Shown one piece after another: positions 29,211 to 39,507 of a DNA stretch of 64,000 nucleotides. A program made the position numbers and the translations under genes. Numbering within the stretch: position 1 is the first letter of the stretch; the number at the start of each line of letters is the position of its first letter. Below the pieces are notes generated by a model, which searched no databases, had not been told where the DNA came from, and was given only the letters and a program-made list of their open reading frames with translations. The stretch lies in the sequence record NC_042098.1, one strand, 5' to 3'.

Positions 29211-31415
29211 ATGCTAACGATGATCCTCTATGCGAACGATTGGATTAAATACCAAACCCAACCGCATGTGCATTATGAAACCCGTAACGATTCCTTTCGT
29301 CAGATGGCATCCAAGTATCATGAGATGGGTGTTAAGAACTGTCTGTTCCATCTGTCGTTGTTCAACCGCACATTGATCGGGGTAGATCCACACAGCCCGA
29401 ACTTAACGCCTGAACAGAAAGCGGCTATCGCGATCGAGTGCACGCAGAACTTTTGGTATTTTATCCGTGAGGTTATACGCATCCCCGTAAAAGGGGTAGA
29501 AGGCGGTATCAGTTATATCGCCAACCGCGGTAACCTTGCGCTCTCCTGGCTCTACCTGTGTCACATCGACACCTTCTTAATTCAGCCACGTCAGACCGGT
29601 AAGTCGGTCTCGACGGACTGTGTGATGTTGTGGTTGATCTATTTCGGTTCTTTGAAGAACACCTACTCGCTGATCACCAAAGGCGACTTGCGTGCAGAGA
29701 ACATCAAGCGTATTAAAAGCATGCGTGACATGCTGCCGCCGTATCTGATTGTACGGGACAAGAAAGACCCGGATAACTCAGAGTGGATCGGGTATGCCAA
29801 ACTCGGGAACGTTTACAAAGCGGCGATTGCCCAGGGTAACGAGACCGCAGCCAACAACCTTGGCCGTGGTATTACCACGGCCACCATCCACATCGATGAA
29901 GGCCCGTTCCTTTCGTTTATCGACATCACGGTTCCGGCAGCACTGAACGCCACAACCAACGCCCGTCGTTACGCTGAAATGAACGGCACGCCTCACGGCA
30001 ACATCTTTACTACAACAGCCGGTCGACGCGACTCCCGTGAAGGTAAATACTTCTACGGCATTCTGCAGAAAGCCGCCACCTGGTCAGAGATCTATCTGGA
30101 CTGTGTTGACTTTAATGAACTGTCTGAGCTCATCATGAGTAACAGCGGGTCAGCAGCACCGGCGGTGAACATCACCATGTCGCACCGACAACTGGGGTAC
30201 ACTGACGAATGGCTGCGTAAAGTTATTGCCCAGAACCAGAACACCAAAGACTCCGCGGAACGTGACTATCTGAACCGTTGGACGTCAGGTAACTTGACTT
30301 CGCCTTTATCCATTGCACTCAACGAAAAGGTTACGGCCTCGATGCGTGAAGTGGTATGGGAGGAGATCACCCGTCAGAAGTTCATTATCCGTTGGTATAT
30401 TTCCAAGCGTGATGTGGAGGCGAACAAAACGCTGACGCACTACGTCATTGGGATGGATACCTCCGATGCCACCACCACCGGCGATGGGATCACTGTGGTG
30501 ATTCGTGATATCCGCGATATGGGTGTGGTCGGTGTCATGAACTTTCGTAACACTAACCTGGTTCCGGTATCCCAGATGGTGGCTGAACTGTTGATCACGC
30601 ATGTCAACTCCACCTTGGTTATCGAACGTAACCGTGCACAAGGTCTGATCGATCACCTGTTGATCGAACTGCCGAAACGGGGCATTGATCCCTTCAAGCG
30701 TATCTACAACACGCTGGTCAATGACCAAACAGTGCGCCGGGCTGAGTTCATGGAACTTACCCAAACCAATCTCGGTCAGCGTACACAAGAGTTCTACGAT
30801 TCCAAACGTACCTGCTTTGGTTTCTGGACAGGGGCACAAACCCGTTCGTTACTGTACGGTACGGTTCTGCAAGAGTCCGCTAAACAAACCGGTTACCTGG
30901 TGCGTGACGCCGAACTCATCAGTCAGATCACCGGCCTGGTTGCGAAGAACTCGCGTGTCGATCATAAGTCAAACTCCCACGATGACCTCGTGATTGCCTG
31001 GCTTCTGACCTACTGGTTTATCACTGAAGCCCGACACCATGATTTCTACGGCATCAACACCGGACAAGTCATGTCGGTTAAAGAGCGTACCCAAACCTTC
31101 AGCCCGCAAGAAGAGGCGTGGCTGGATCAACAGGAACGCTATCGTGAAGAGTTGGCCGAAATTATGGAACAACTCAAATCAACCTCAAACCCAATGCTAC
31201 TTGCTCGTCTTGAGAAGAAACTTGTGTTTGTGAAATCGAAGATCGTCGCCACTGACGAAGCTGCCGTGACGGTCGATCAGTTATTGCAAGAAGCGAAAGA
31301 AGCGCGTGCACTGAAGGCGCGTACTGAACGTGTCAATAATTCACCGCTCCGTCGCAACATGGGTTACCGGCCACCAAGTGCGCGTCGTGCGTACGCTGGC
31401 GCTGGATTCTTCTAA
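29211..31415 (+). CDS. terL: Terminase large subunit
   Basis: Walker A QPRQTGKS, Walker B IHIDEG, coupling motif TTTAG, nuclease IGMDTSD and HDDLVIA. Start is the ATG at 29211 or 29220. Confidence 0.93.
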   Translation: MLTMILYANDWIKYQTQPHVHYETRNDSFRQMASKYHEMGVKNCLFHLSLFNRTLIGVDPHSPNLTPEQKAAIAIECTQNFWYFIREVIRIPVKGVEGGISYIANRGNLALSWLYLCHIDTFLIQPRQTGKSVSTDCVMLWLIYFGSLKNTYSLITKGDLRAENIKRIKSMRDMLPPYLIVRDKKDPDNSEWIGYAKLGNVYKAAIAQGNETAANNLGRGITTATIHIDEGPFLSFIDITVPAALNATTNARRYAEMNGTPHGNIFTTTAGRRDSREGKYFYGILQKAATWSEIYLDCVDFNELSELIMSNSGSAAPAVNITMSHRQLGYTDEWLRKVIAQNQNTKDSAERDYLNRWTSGNLTSPLSIALNEKVTASMREVVWEEITRQKFIIRWYISKRDVEANKTLTHYVIGMDTSDATTTGDGITVVIRDIRDMGVVGVMNFRNTNLVPVSQMVAELLITHVNSTLVIERNRAQGLIDHLLIELPKRGIDPFKRIYNTLVNDQTVRRAEFMELTQTNLGQRTQEFYDSKRTCFGFWTGAQTRSLLYGTVLQESAKQTGYLVRDAELISQITGLVAKNSRVDHKSNSHDDLVIAWLLTYWFITEARHHDFYGINTGQVMSVKERTQTFSPQEEAWLDQQERYREELAEIMEQLKSTSNPMLLARLEKKLVFVKSKIVATDEAAVTVDQLLQEAKEARALKARTERVNNSPLRRNMGYRPPSARRAYAGAGFF

Positions 31416-31459
31416 CCCGCTTGTACATTGTGACATAGTTCACTAACTATATAAGGGCT

Positions 31460-31792
31460 ATGTCACAATCCAATCGCGAGGTAATCATGGTGGACCCGAA
31501 AGAGCTAGAAGTCCTGATGGGTTTAATCCGGCAATTAGAGCACTCGCCTTTGCCGCAGAACCCATCCAACATTTTGCAAGAAGGGATGTCCGAACTGGGC
31601 GATCGAATCATTAATAAGATCCGTCGTCACGTTACCGGTCCTTATGGTTATACCAATGCAGATTTTGTCAGTGTAATGCAGGCGCACGGTTACAGTGTGC
31701 TTCCGCTACTGCAGGATCTGGTTTGCCCGACTTTATATGGACTACCCACCACCAAAGGGATGATTCAGGTTAAGCCGATGCATATGCACTAA
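31460..31792 (+). CDS. Hypothetical protein (110 aa)
   Basis: ORF with AAGGG RBS; terminator downstream. Confidence 0.6.
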   Translation: MSQSNREVIMVDPKELEVLMGLIRQLEHSPLPQNPSNILQEGMSELGDRIINKIRRHVTGPYGYTNADFVSVMQAHGYSVLPLLQDLVCPTLYGLPTTKGMIQVKPMHMH

Positions 31793-31806
31793 CCTGAACT
31801 TGATCA

Positions 31807-31842
31807 GCATAAGGAGAGGGCAAACGCCCTCTCCTCTATGCC
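31807..31842. terminator. Bidirectional hairpin terminator flanked by GCATAA / CTATGCC
   Basis: AGGAGAGGGC-AAAC-GCCCTCTCCT between convergent genes. Confidence 0.8.
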
Positions 31843-31869
31843 GATTAAAAATCGAGTCGTGCTGATCAG

Positions 31870-32310
31870 TTACTCTGCCGGAGCCGGCTGAGGGGCTGGA
31901 TCGTTTGGTGCACCTACAGGCGGCTCACCGGCAGGCTGTGGTTGTGGATCTGGTTTAGGATCAGAACCCGGAACCGTAGGCGGTGGATTACTTTCAGTAC
32001 CCGCGCCCAGCTCACCTTCTTCGTGTGCTTCTTCTTTTGCCTGCAGCAGCTGCAAACCTTCAATACCGTTGGAGAGTTTGGCAATCAAGGTATCAATACC
32101 TTCCATACCGGAACCAACTGTAAAGATGTCAGGGTACTTGGCAGCCATGCCAGATTGAATCAGGTTACCGGTAGGGTAATCCATAGACTCTAAGCCGGCA
32201 TTGACGAAGCCTGTCTTGTATTGACACAGCGCATCCAGGTCGGCCTTGAGTTCTTCAATCCCTGCACCGATATCAATCGGCTTACCCGACTTGGTCGTTA
32301 GGATAGTCAT
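31870..32310 (-). CDS. Head protein made largely of a protease-cleavable propeptide plus a Pro-rich tail (146 aa)
   Basis: Four G-[ILM]-E motifs; N-terminal ~75 aa paralogous to 32373..33338. Confidence 0.65.
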   Translation of the reverse strand: MTILTTKSGKPIDIGAGIEELKADLDALCQYKTGFVNAGLESMDYPTGNLIQSGMAAKYPDIFTVGSGMEGIDTLIAKLSNGIEGLQLLQAKEEAHEEGELGAGTESNPPPTVPGSDPKPDPQPQPAGEPPVGAPNDPAPQPAPAE

Positions 32311-32372
32311 GTTTAAACCTCTCTATTATAAAAAAGGAGGGCCAAAGCCCACCACATATATATTAGCCACTT

Positions 32373-33338
32373 TTACTTAATAGAGGCTAAGATAACTGCT
32401 TCGAGTGCTTTTGCAACCGAGAGCAGGTTCTTAGCTGCTTCTTCTGCAATGTCCGATACCGGGAACGTCAACATTTCCCAGTGAGTGCGGTCGTACAGCG
32501 CGTCTGACAGATCTTCACTGGCGATACCATCATAGTCGCCGATATCACTCAGACCACAGTTGATGCGCAGATCTTCAGCAACCTCTTCCATCTGGTTGCC
32601 GTGGTCAAACAGATCGAGAATCAGCAGACCGGCTTTCGTTAAGTTTTCTTTGCTTAGTGCAAAGATCTTATCGTTGTCGCCTTCCAGCTTATACGTTGGG
32701 AGTGTGCGGTTGATTGACTTACCCGGTCTTTCAGGCAGGGCTTTGACCAGGTCAGCTTTCACCGCAGACGCTGTTTCTTCAGTGGCGCTTTTGGCTTTGG
32801 CAATGAAAGGTTTAACTTTCGCCCAGTAATCCTTGGTTTCTTTTGCGCTGGCATTGACCGCGTCTTTGTTGAACTTAACGAGATCATTGATCTTTGCAAC
32901 AATCTCATCGTAGTCTTTAGCGCCGCCGATCAGTTTAACAATAGGGGCGATAGACACACTGCCTTTGGCACCGGTTTGTGCTTCTGCCCATTTTGGGTCA
33001 GCGTAGGTTTTCTTCACCTCGTTGATCACCGCCATGGTTTGCTTTTCAATAACCGGCTTGGCTTTGCCGCGCGCTAGCTTCTTCAGACCAGCAATGCCTT
33101 TTTTCAGGCTTTCGATCAAACTACCGATACCTTCAATGCCGCTGCCAAGCTGAAAGGCCTGTGGGTATTTAGCCGCCATACCAGACTGGATCAACAATCC
33201 GGTTGGGTTATCCATCGACTCCATACCCGCATTAACAAAACCATGACGGTATTGCTCTAACATCTTGACATCTGCCTGCAGTTCTTCCATACCGGCGCGC
33301 AGAAGATGAAGTTTAATAAATGAATCAGTAATAAGCAT
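32373..33338 (-). CDS. Internal head (ejection / inner-body-type) protein with propeptide (321 aa)
   Basis: AGMEE, AGMES and SGIEG motifs in the first ~70 aa, followed by a Lys-rich helical body. Confidence 0.7.
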   Translation of the reverse strand: MLITDSFIKLHLLRAGMEELQADVKMLEQYRHGFVNAGMESMDNPTGLLIQSGMAAKYPQAFQLGSGIEGIGSLIESLKKGIAGLKKLARGKAKPVIEKQTMAVINEVKKTYADPKWAEAQTGAKGSVSIAPIVKLIGGAKDYDEIVAKINDLVKFNKDAVNASAKETKDYWAKVKPFIAKAKSATEETASAVKADLVKALPERPGKSINRTLPTYKLEGDNDKIFALSKENLTKAGLLILDLFDHGNQMEEVAEDLRINCGLSDIGDYDGIASEDLSDALYDRTHWEMLTFPVSDIAEEAAKNLLSVAKALEAVILASIK

Positions 33339-33347
33339 GATTAACCT

Positions 33348-34697
33348 TTACGAAGTATAATGTTGCATGGAGAGCGCACGGATAATAACATACAGGAACA
33401 CCCCAACGCGCACCGTGGCGATTGTTGCAGGGGCTTTAATGCCAGTGGCGATCTTCACCAGTTCATCTCCTGCTTCACGCATCTTCAGTACCGATGCATT
33501 GGAGGTTCGACTGGAGCGATAGGCACCGCGCATTTTGGACACCACATCCGGGAAGTCATTCAGACGCAGGTTCTTCTGGCTGATGTACTCAAACAGATGC
33601 TGGATGGTTTCTGACAGCAGTTCGTCAATTACCCCGTCTTTATCATAGCGGTAGTTCTGCGAGATAAACTTCAGGGTATCCGAGAGCGGTTTCTCGGGGA
33701 TCGTGTTGTTGGAGCGCACCACCATCTCCAGGAGCTCAGGGCGATACCAGTCTGACTCAACCCCGACGATGTTCTTGATGTAGCGCACATACTTGGTGAC
33801 CGTCTTCTCGACATCACGGATATGTTTGACCCCATCGAGTTCGACGGTGTTTTTGCCTTCTACCACTAACGCTTCTTTGAGCTTCACGGTGTGAAAGACA
33901 TTGTTGATCGAGTTGACCACATCACGCAGACGGTCCTGCACATCCCCCACCATGTAGACCACGGCTTTGTCATCTACCATGCGGACATAGGTTTCGTAGT
34001 GAATACCGGTGCCTTTGGTGATGATGGATTTCGAACGCGCATCGATCAGTGCACCCCAGGAGCCGTAGACCTTTAAGTCAAACTTCTTCGAAAGTTGCTT
34101 ATAGGTTTCCATGGCCACGGACTTGTTGGCCGGGTACGGGTAATCGTGGTTCAGAATAGATGACAGGTTTTTGTAGTGAAAGATGCGCACCACATTCATC
34201 TTCGACTCTTCGATCTCCGCAGGTGATAACCCAACCGCTTCGTTGTGCAGAATGTGTAACAAGTACGGCATGCACTGGTTAAACATGTCGCCGGTGACGT
34301 GGAACTTCGGGTTAACGAACTGGGTGCCGTGAACATCGGCAGTCAGATCCACTTCATCGCAATCCATGATCGTATCAAACCACTCGTTACGATCTGACAC
34401 GGTAAACTTGATCGGGTAGACCCCAATCAGGTTCGAACCAAAGAAGTCGATATGGTCCTGATTCTTGGTACGAAACCGGCTGGCGTATTTGGCCAGGTTC
34501 AGGGCTAAGGCTTTATCGGCAACGAGCGTGGGGCAGTTCTTTTTGAATGCCTCTTTGATCGTCATGCCATTACCGGGACCAAATCCTAAGGCTTCCAAGC
34601 CTGCGGCTACATGAGCATAGCCCCGACTGTAATCGATTTCATCCTGGATCAGCCGGTTGTCAAACGGGAAAAACCCGGTCAAGAGGCTAGCTAACAT
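33348..34697 (-). CDS. Conserved phiKZ-like virion protein (449 aa)
   Basis: AGLEAL at residues ~32-37; co-oriented with the head-protein genes. Confidence 0.6.
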   Translation of the reverse strand: MLASLLTGFFPFDNRLIQDEIDYSRGYAHVAAGLEALGFGPGNGMTIKEAFKKNCPTLVADKALALNLAKYASRFRTKNQDHIDFFGSNLIGVYPIKFTVSDRNEWFDTIMDCDEVDLTADVHGTQFVNPKFHVTGDMFNQCMPYLLHILHNEAVGLSPAEIEESKMNVVRIFHYKNLSSILNHDYPYPANKSVAMETYKQLSKKFDLKVYGSWGALIDARSKSIITKGTGIHYETYVRMVDDKAVVYMVGDVQDRLRDVVNSINNVFHTVKLKEALVVEGKNTVELDGVKHIRDVEKTVTKYVRYIKNIVGVESDWYRPELLEMVVRSNNTIPEKPLSDTLKFISQNYRYDKDGVIDELLSETIQHLFEYISQKNLRLNDFPDVVSKMRGAYRSSRTSNASVLKMREAGDELVKIATGIKAPATIATVRVGVFLYVIIRALSMQHYTS

Positions 34698-34731
34698 AAT
34701 GGTTCCTTAATATTGAAGATATTGTCAAACC

Positions 34732-34739
34732 TATATTAT
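34732..34739 (+). promoter_or_regulatory. Early promoter motif TATATTAT
   Basis: AAACC-TATATTAT upstream of the accessory + strand cluster. Confidence 0.55.
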
Positions 34740-34777
34740 CCATCTGGTAGAACATTAACTAATCAAGGACATTGGTC

Positions 34778-35635
34778 ATGAAAGTATTAACCTTAAGTGA
34801 ATTCGCTGAATTCCTGAACACCACACCGGGCACTGATCAGCTGCAGTTTGCCATCATCCCCGGACAAGTCATGACAGGTGATAACAACATCACCATCTTT
34901 GCCAAACGTGAACAGGGGGTGAACTACCTGCTCGAGCACACTTACAGCAAACCGGTAAATGTGGTTGAGATCACCGACCCGAAAGTCAGTGCAGTTATTA
35001 CCGCAGCTTGTCAGGATGACGAGGCGGATTGTGTACTGGCGTTCAACATGAAGTTCGACAGTATCGCTGAACTCATCCCGGCACATGAACTGTCAGTAAA
35101 AGAATCGATCAGCGTGTTCGCCAGTAAGTTAGTTGAGAAGCTGGCGGTAACAACCCCAGTGGTTTGCCGTGCAATTGACACCACCACACTCGTGCCCCGT
35201 AATGGGCTGGACTTGGTGCTCAGTGCGGCACACTGCATAAACCTCTCATTGATCGCGTATCAGTGGGCTGGGGAAACCGTCGTTGTCATTGGAAAAGGCT
35301 TTAAGGAAGAAGTGGTACTGGACCTGGTGCGTTTTGATGCCGAGAAGCGTCATGCGTTCTTCTCCGGAATCGTGGCAGGGAAGCCCATCTATCAGCGCGT
35401 GGTCATCGATGAAGTGATGTTCAAAGGCGACCGGGCTTTCTTGAAGTGGGTCTCGTGCAATAACGTCGATGCCAGTAAAGGCGGGTCATTGTGGTGGGTG
35501 CGTCACATGGGTGTCTCGTTACATGACGAGAGCAACAGCCTGACCTTGAAAAACCCGCACATCTCGATCCGCGGTCAGCTCGACAAAATCCCTGACGAAT
35601 ACGACTTCGTCAATAACCGTAACGTCATTCTCTAA
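34778..35635 (+). CDS. Hypothetical protein (~285 aa)
   Basis: RBS AAGGA, ATG at 34778. Confidence 0.75.
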   Translation: MKVLTLSEFAEFLNTTPGTDQLQFAIIPGQVMTGDNNITIFAKREQGVNYLLEHTYSKPVNVVEITDPKVSAVITAACQDDEADCVLAFNMKFDSIAELIPAHELSVKESISVFASKLVEKLAVTTPVVCRAIDTTTLVPRNGLDLVLSAAHCINLSLIAYQWAGETVVVIGKGFKEEVVLDLVRFDAEKRHAFFSGIVAGKPIYQRVVIDEVMFKGDRAFLKWVSCNNVDASKGGSLWWVRHMGVSLHDESNSLTLKNPHISIRGQLDKIPDEYDFVNNRNVIL

Positions 35636-35644
35636 GAGGCAGTC

Positions 35645-36118
35645 ATGATTCCAACAAAAGCGCGTTTTGTAAAAGACATCACTGCGGTGCTCGAACACCA
35701 CCAGGTCGAAGACACCACTGTGCGGGTCTTTGAAACACAAGCCGGTAAACCTTTCCACCTGGCGATTGAAGCGGGTGTCTCGGGCGAGATCACGGACTAT
35801 TTGGTGATCAACAACAACTACGCCAAAGAGATGGTTGTTGCCTGGTTGCGTAACACCTCCGTCAATGTCTGGCCATACAGCGAAATGGACTATTCGCAAG
35901 AAGGGGTCATCAAAGCGATTATCAAAGTAGATGATCCAAGCTTTGGTGACCAGGATTACAAAGTCGCCCATTATGTCCGTGCGGCTCTGCGCTCTGCCAT
36001 CAAACATGGCGATAACGTCTGGTTGTCTACCAAAGCCGGTGCATTGCCAAGTGCCGGTACTGCATCGGGTACTATCGGGGCATCTGGCCCAGTCAGTCAA
36101 ACCCGCGCTCCACTGTAA
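35645..36118 (+). CDS. Hypothetical protein (157 aa)
   Basis: RBS AGAGG. Confidence 0.7.
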   Translation: MIPTKARFVKDITAVLEHHQVEDTTVRVFETQAGKPFHLAIEAGVSGEITDYLVINNNYAKEMVVAWLRNTSVNVWPYSEMDYSQEGVIKAIIKVDDPSFGDQDYKVAHYVRAALRSAIKHGDNVWLSTKAGALPSAGTASGTIGASGPVSQTRAPL

Positions 36119-36150
36119 GTTCACCCATTAACCTTTAGTAAGGATTTATC

Positions 36151-37410
36151 ATGCAACAGTCAACTTCCCTCGGCGCTCTGCTGGACCACGCTTACCGTAT
36201 GGGTGACATTCACCTGATCATTCGTGTGGGCGAACTCGCCACCACTGTCGTTATCCCACACCGTAAAGCACGTCACGCCTGTATCGCGTTGCTGGAGTTC
36301 TTTGACCGCAATAAGGTACTGGTTCAGCGGGTACTGGATCGCAGCGGGAATACCATCGACATCACGCTGGATGATTTCCAACATGAAGCCACCATCCCGG
36401 GCTATGATCGCGAGCACTACCTGAAGACCCTGACGCATCGGGTGGAAGCCATGGCTGCACCGGATGATGTTACTGAGCAGACAAACCAAAACGCAGGCAT
36501 CTATAACCCACATGCTGGGTTTGAGAAAGCCGCGGCAAATGTTGCGCAGTTACTTACGTCAGAGCGGCGTTATGCGTTTGTCGATCACATCGGATCTGTG
36601 GTGGGTGACGGTATGGTCCTGGTGCGTCGTAGTGACCTGCCAAGTAATGTCCAGAACGTAACAGAAATCACCGATCCACGCTGGCTCAGTATGTTGGTGG
36701 TGAACGAATCTACTTTCGAACGTTTACCGGCAGGGCGTGAAGTCTACGCCTATGCGCAGGCGACACGTCTAGGTGATTTGATCAATCTGCTGGGTGAAGA
36801 AGGTTTCGCCATCGACGGGATCAGTTATCCGTGGGTGCATATCGTACGCAAAACGGATGTGGTGCGTGATGCACGTTCAGTGGAGTGGGGTCAGGTTGCG
36901 GATGAACTGACTAACGCTGAAGGGCCAGTGGATATTCGGCAGACATTCGGCTCTGGTGCACCGAACCCGTTCCTTCATGAAGATGGGAGTGTGCGCGGGT
37001 TACTGTTCTCTGGCCAGCCACAGACTTACCCAGAGCATCCAGCAACACCTGCTGAACCAGTCGTGACCAAGCTGGTCGAACACGGTATGACCCGTCAGTA
37101 CGGGTCCGTGACTCCACCACGGACGGTAACCACCTCACCATTGGGTACACCGGCGAGTGTATCGAGTGAAGCGAAGTGGGCAGCAGCCATTGCTGCAGTA
37201 GTGGCAGAGGGTTATGAGTTCCGGGATAGTAAGGAAGACATCAATCCTGAGTTGTTCAAGATTGCCTCAACGATGAGCTACTGGGCAGGATGCCAGGGCA
37301 GTGATACTCTCCAGAAACGAGATGAGGTTGTCTCTACACCGGAGCTGATGATGCTGCTGGCAGGTAAGCCTTCTGGCAGTACTGTTGATCACGAAGAGAA
37401 TGACGAATAA
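36151..37410 (+). CDS. Hypothetical protein (419 aa)
   Basis: RBS TAAGGA; hairpin+TTATGC terminator at 37421-37453. Confidence 0.78.
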   Translation: MQQSTSLGALLDHAYRMGDIHLIIRVGELATTVVIPHRKARHACIALLEFFDRNKVLVQRVLDRSGNTIDITLDDFQHEATIPGYDREHYLKTLTHRVEAMAAPDDVTEQTNQNAGIYNPHAGFEKAAANVAQLLTSERRYAFVDHIGSVVGDGMVLVRRSDLPSNVQNVTEITDPRWLSMLVVNESTFERLPAGREVYAYAQATRLGDLINLLGEEGFAIDGISYPWVHIVRKTDVVRDARSVEWGQVADELTNAEGPVDIRQTFGSGAPNPFLHEDGSVRGLLFSGQPQTYPEHPATPAEPVVTKLVEHGMTRQYGSVTPPRTVTTSPLGTPASVSSEAKWAAAIAAVVAEGYEFRDSKEDINPELFKIASTMSYWAGCQGSDTLQKRDEVVSTPELMMLLAGKPSGSTVDHEENDE

Positions 37411-37420
37411 GTAAAGCTAG

Positions 37421-37453
37421 GCAGGAGGGGGTAACCTCTCCTGCTCTTTATGC
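37421..37453 (+). terminator. Hairpin plus TTATGC terminator
   Basis: GCAGGAGGGG-GTAA-CCTCTCCTGC...TTATGC. Confidence 0.7.
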
Positions 37454-37755
37454 TTTTTTAATTTTTGTCAAATATAGTATTATGCAATTCTAGTAATTAA
37501 CGACACGGTAAAGTATACTTATAAGGAGAACAGGCCAGCAATGGGGGAAACCTTTAAGGATGGGGGCTTATGCTGATATATATTACAGACAGTATTAACA
37601 GTGATATATTGAGTATATCAGCATACCGATAAGTAGCCTTATAGCTGTCAATAATCATTATCTATTATAATCCAGAGAGAACACCCTCTTAGAACAAAGA
37701 TATAATAGATAATCATTAACCTGTAATCGGATAAAAAAACCGCGAAATTGAAACC

Positions 37756-37781
37756 GGGAGGCTGAAGCCTCCCTTTATGCC
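37756..37781 (+). terminator. Hairpin plus TTATGCC
   Basis: GGGAGGC-TGAA-GCCTCCC-TTTATGCC. Confidence 0.65.
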
Positions 37782-37924
37782 TGTTTAGTGTATTTTAGTA
37801 ATTCATGACTAGAGTGGCTAACAGTATGAAAGTATTTAAATCTTTCACCCGAGCTAAGGGTAACGTAGAGGTTTAGATATATGCTGATTAAATTTTAATT
37901 AAGATTAAGAGAAGGATCGTTATC

Positions 37925-38350
37925 ATGACAGATCTCAACAAAGACAACTTAATGAAACCCGGGGATGTGAAAGCCTTGTTTGCCAATAACGAGCATGTCA
38001 ATCTCCCGACGTTAGTCAGTGAAGTCCGTGGACTGTTTACCCTGTTGTGCAATGAACCCGAGAATGCTCGCTTCTTGTGGTTTCCGGATCATGCTTCAGT
38101 GCTCTCCTGGGTGGGGCAGTTCAGCGTGCAGTTGAAAGTCTATTTCAGCGGTGAGATTGAAGTGAGCATCAATACCGAGCTGGGGGCGTCAGTGATTGGC
38201 CAGGAACGGGCGAATGCGTTGGTGTTTGTTGATCGCATCTTACCCCTTACAGGTTACTACGCCAACATCACCCATTGGCCTGCCAAAGAGGGGCACGGTG
38301 AGATCATCCTGATCCAGTACTTACTGAAGGCGCCGTCCGCTGACGTGTAG
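37925..38350 (+). CDS. Hypothetical protein (141 aa)
   Basis: RBS GAAGGA. Confidence 0.72.
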   Translation: MTDLNKDNLMKPGDVKALFANNEHVNLPTLVSEVRGLFTLLCNEPENARFLWFPDHASVLSWVGQFSVQLKVYFSGEIEVSINTELGASVIGQERANALVFVDRILPLTGYYANITHWPAKEGHGEIILIQYLLKAPSADV

Positions 38351-38364
38351 GGTTATAACTATGG

Positions 38365-38760
38365 GTGATTCCGTCCTTGAGTCACACCACTCAACCTGCA
38401 CACGGCCGAGACATACGCACTATGATAACACAACCCAATGTCAGATTAACCCCCGAGGACACGCAATACCGAATCTACCTGGCAAATGACTTAGGTCTGG
38501 ATTCCAGCCCAATGCTCCATCTGGAGTGGGAAAAAGGACGTAATGAGTATTTAATTGGAGACCTCATCCTGGCACGCCAAGGTGACCATTTTCTCCTGTC
38601 GATCAAAAGCTGTCGTCGTAAAACTGTCATCGCTTCTGCCAAAGTTTTAGATAACGGCTCAGTGGGCATTTATCTAAACCAGTGCTTTAGCAACATGGCC
38701 AACAAAGCAGAATTGGTGTTGAGTTTACGCGACGCTGTGACGCGATACCTCTACTGTTAG
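38365..38760 (+). CDS. Hypothetical protein (~113-131 aa)
   Basis: ORF; start uncertain. Confidence 0.6.
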   Translation: MIPSLSHTTQPAHGRDIRTMITQPNVRLTPEDTQYRIYLANDLGLDSSPMLHLEWEKGRNEYLIGDLILARQGDHFLLSIKSCRRKTVIASAKVLDNGSVGIYLNQCFSNMANKAELVLSLRDAVTRYLYC

Positions 38761-38868
38761 TCGTCGTATATCTTATGAAATAGACTCCTTCGCCCGCCTC
38801 CTTCTTCCTGAGGGTCGTGGGTTGAAGGGTCTATGCCGATCGATATGTAATCTAATAAATTTTGTATC

Positions 38869-38876
38869 TATATTAC
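38869..38876 (+). promoter_or_regulatory. Early promoter motif TATATTAC
   Basis: Exact motif following a hairpin+CTATGCC terminator. Confidence 0.65.
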
Positions 38877-38949
38877 GAATAGGTAATTGTTGGCCAACAA
38901 CATGACAGCATTTTTATGACTGTCTTATTAACCCCCCGGAGTTGCTTCT

Positions 38950-39495
38950 ATGATGAACGAAGATTTTGTCGGTACTGGTACTTATTACAAGACCGCTGTT
39001 GAACAACCAGCTGTACCGACCGTGCCGGCAAGTGATGCACAGATCGTCGAGTCAAGCACCAAGTTTGAAGCATGGTTAGCCTCCGTGGGTTGGCCGGCAT
39101 GCAAACGCCCGCGCAGCTACCCGGCGGTGGTGACCTTCTATAAAGGGAAGGCATCCACCTTTACTGCCATTGAGATCAATACCCGTACCCGCTACTACCT
39201 GGCGATCCAGCGCATCGCGGCAAACTATGCACACCTGGTCAAAGCCGAGCCGAACAAACGTCACCGGATCATCTTGCGGGGTTCATTACTGACCAGCCGT
39301 CTGGATGGACGGGTCGCAGTGGTACTGGCTGATCAAGATGTCACTGACCTGGTCGTGGGTATCGCCTACAACAAAGTCAGTGTCGTGTTTAATCCACAAT
39401 CGTTCATCAACGCCATAGAGGACATCGATAACAGCTTTCGCAATCAAAACAAATGGAGCTGGTCGATTGGGCTGGAGATTGTGACATCCCGTTAG
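38950..39495 (+). CDS. Hypothetical protein (181 aa)
   Basis: ORF downstream of the early motif. Confidence 0.7.
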   Translation: MMNEDFVGTGTYYKTAVEQPAVPTVPASDAQIVESSTKFEAWLASVGWPACKRPRSYPAVVTFYKGKASTFTAIEINTRTRYYLAIQRIAANYAHLVKAEPNKRHRIILRGSLLTSRLDGRVAVVLADQDVTDLVVGIAYNKVSVVFNPQSFINAIEDIDNSFRNQNKWSWSIGLEIVTSR

Positions 39496-39507
39496 TAGGA
39501 ATTGGTC

